DNA from: a virus
Lineage: Duplodnaviria > Caudoviricetes
Virus record (IMG/VR): IMGVR_UViG_3300037312_000268
Location: 23,418-87,417 of that record
Length of the DNA: 64,000 nt
Direction: 5' to 3' (one strand)
Made by a program: the position numbers and the translations under genes. A model generated the notes under the pieces. That model ran no database searches, was not told where the DNA came from, and saw only the letters and a program-made list of their open reading frames with translations. Shown one piece after another: positions 62,285-64,000 of the stretch; position 1 is the first letter of the stretch, and every line of letters starts with the position of its first letter.

Positions 62285-63131
62285 AAAACAAAATAAGATT
62301 CTGCGCTACACAGAGATGTTATACAGCAAGCCACATCTTGTGAGTGAAGACTCATTTAGGGTTATTACAGAATACCTTGATAACCGAAACAATTTCAAGT
62401 TGATGCAAATAGACGCTCCAACAGCCCCAGATATTGACGATGATGGCGGGGTCAATTACGACGAGATGTCCGGTGTTGGTGTTATTGATATCAGCGGAAC
62501 TCTGACAAATGAGCCAGTAGTTACCATGTGCGGCGTTGTGGGCACAAGTTACGAAAGTATCCTAGAGCAAGCAGAAGAGATGATCGAAGCTGGTGTTAAG
62601 AAGATTGTTCTTGACATTGACTCTGGAGGCGGCGAAGCGTTCAACTGTTTTACAAGCGTAGATCAGTTTCGCAAGATGTGTGATGAAGCGGGCGTGCGTG
62701 TTTACACCTACGTGGATGGCATGGCAGCTTCTGCCGCCTACGCTTGGGCTTGTGCCGCCGATGAAGTCATTGCCCCTGTAGATGCAGAAGTGGGCAGCAT
62801 CGGCGTTTTGATTGCCCTCGCTAACATGAATAAGTATTACGAGAATCAGGGCATCACTCGCACATGGGTTTCTGCTGGCGCAGATAAAATTCCGTTTGAT
62901 GAAAATGGAGATTTCAAAGACTCGTTCTTGAGCGATCTTCAATATAAGGTAGATACTCTCTACTCTATGTTTGTGCAGCACGTCTCAAAATACACAGGGC
63001 TTTCCGCTGATGAAATTAAGGCGACGGAAGCTAAAACTTTCCTCTCCAACGATGCAATCAAAATTGGACTTGTTAACAAGGTCATGAATAAGTTTGATTT
63101 TGTCAACTATGTTCTCGGCAAAAAGGATTAA
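62277..63131 (+). CDS. Prohead protease, peptidase S49 family
   Basis: DSGGGE, AASAAY, VGSIGV motifs. Confidence 0.88.
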   Translation: MSKKQNKILRYTEMLYSKPHLVSEDSFRVITEYLDNRNNFKLMQIDAPTAPDIDDDGGVNYDEMSGVGVIDISGTLTNEPVVTMCGVVGTSYESILEQAEEMIEAGVKKIVLDIDSGGGEAFNCFTSVDQFRKMCDEAGVRVYTYVDGMAASAAYAWACAADEVIAPVDAEVGSIGVLIALANMNKYYENQGITRTWVSAGADKIPFDENGDFKDSFLSDLQYKVDTLYSMFVQHVSKYTGLSADEIKATEAKTFLSNDAIKIGLVNKVMNKFDFVNYVLGKKD

Positions 63132-63133
63132 TA

Positions 63134-63703
63134 ATGCTTGATTTTTTCAAGAAAAAGAAGTTGGGCGTAACGCCTGTAACCACGGAGGCTTCGCAAGAAG
63201 TCACAACTACAGGCGATCTGCCTGAACAAGAAAAGGAAGAAACGATGAGTGTAGAAGACAAGGCTCAAACTATCGAGCTTGCTGCGCACGAAGCCGTTCT
63301 GGCTCAACTGGCTACGCTGACTGCCGAGATGGATTCGGTTAAGGCTGCTACTGAAGCTATGAAAGCTGAGTACGAAGAAAAGCTGTCGGCATATGCTGCT
63401 GCTGAAGAGAAAGCTAAAACTGATGCTCTGGCTGCTAAAGCAAAAGCCCGTCAAGAAAAAGCTGAAGCCAAGATGGGCACTGAAAAAGCTGCTGAGTTTA
63501 TGGCTGCTACTGAAGACATGAGCGATGAGAAATTTGATTCTTTCCTCGCAATTTTCGCTACAAATGCTGATGCCGAAGCTAATAGCGAGTTGTTCAATGA
63601 AGTCGGCGTGGAAACCAAGGCAGACGCCAAAGTCGACGAGCCGAAGGTTGAACATTTTAATAAATATCTCCCTAAGAAAACTGCTAAGAAGGAAACGAAA
63701 TAA
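63134..63703 (+). CDS. Probable scaffolding protein
   Basis: Ala/Glu/Lys-rich coiled coil between protease and head genes. Confidence 0.6.
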   Translation: MLDFFKKKKLGVTPVTTEASQEVTTTGDLPEQEKEETMSVEDKAQTIELAAHEAVLAQLATLTAEMDSVKAATEAMKAEYEEKLSAYAAAEEKAKTDALAAKAKARQEKAEAKMGTEKAAEFMAATEDMSDEKFDSFLAIFATNADAEANSELFNEVGVETKADAKVDEPKVEHFNKYLPKKTAKKETK

Positions 63704-64000
63704 TGACGAAGCTTGCCTCGCGTTCCAATAAACTCTCTGGTGTACTGGCTTTTGAAGAAATGCCGGATAAAGGCGTCTGCCGCCGCGCCGTCACCGTCAC
63801 AATTCAAGCTGGCATGGATGTCGGCGCTGTCCTGCAATATGACGGCACCAGCAAATATAAATGGGTTGCTAATGCTGACGTTGCAACGCTGAATGCTGAC
63901 GTTGTTGTGCTGATTGACACCGTTGTGGATGTCCCGTCGCTGACTCCGGGCGACTATACGCTGACTGTCCTGCGCGTCGGTCATGCTGGTGTGGTGGATC
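63703..64000 (+). CDS. Probable head decoration protein, truncated at window edge (MTKLASRSNKLSGVLAFEE...)
   Basis: Manually translated; TAATG coupling; expected position before the major capsid gene. Confidence 0.65.
   Translation, partial: MTKLASRSNKLSGVLAFEEMPDKGVCRRAVTVTIQAGMDVGAVLQYDGTSKYKWVANADVATLNADVVVLIDTVVDVPSLTPGDYTLTVLRVGHAGVVD

Noticed and set aside
1-64000. Many long opposite-strand ORFs in the track (e.g. 2013-2684, 5796-6518, 32733-33368, 54017-54595)
   Set aside because: They are antisense shadows of clear genes, with no RBS or recognisable motifs.
1-64000. CRISPR array, retron or DGR
   Set aside because: No regularly spaced repeats and no reverse transcriptase motifs were seen.

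Overview
A 64 kb slice of a large, probably strictly lytic tailed phage (myovirus-type gene order resembling PAK_P1-like/Felix O1-like/rV5-like phages) of a Gram-negative host; GC is in the low-to-mid 40s % by eye. Layout: (1) 1-31.1 kb, minus strand: replication and nucleotide metabolism (glutaredoxin, nrdAB, MazG-like, DEDD exonuclease, 5'-3' exonuclease, SSB, family A DNA polymerase, primase-helicase, thyX, two nucleotidyltransferase-fold genes, SleB-like cell wall hydrolase). (2) 31.3-47.6 kb, plus strand: early/host-takeover region of small genes behind many sigma70-type promoters, including an RNA ligase and a stand-alone minimal PolA/T7-RNAP-superfamily polymerase. (3) 48.3-55.7 kb, minus strand: HNH, HTH, serine recombinase, phosphoesterase, sponge-like and macro-like proteins, HD hydrolase, ClpP-like, PhoH. 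(4) 55.8-64 kb, plus strand: TerS candidate, three tRNAs with several unexplained structured RNAs, terL split by a 230 nt group I intron, portal, S49 prohead protease, scaffold and head decoration protein. About eight free-standing homing endonucleases are scattered through it. Most interesting: the second minimal polymerase; three RMF-like genes (one missed by the ORF track); a repeated promoter + small helical protein + GIY-YIG-like endonuclease cassette, one copy of which left an orphan hydrolase 3' half behind; a stand-alone PEP-CTERM-like secreted protein; three tandem W-x-x-S...C-terminus genes; a UGU tRNA with a long variable arm; and a pseudoknotted ncRNA candidate. All family assignments come from motif recognition, not database searches.
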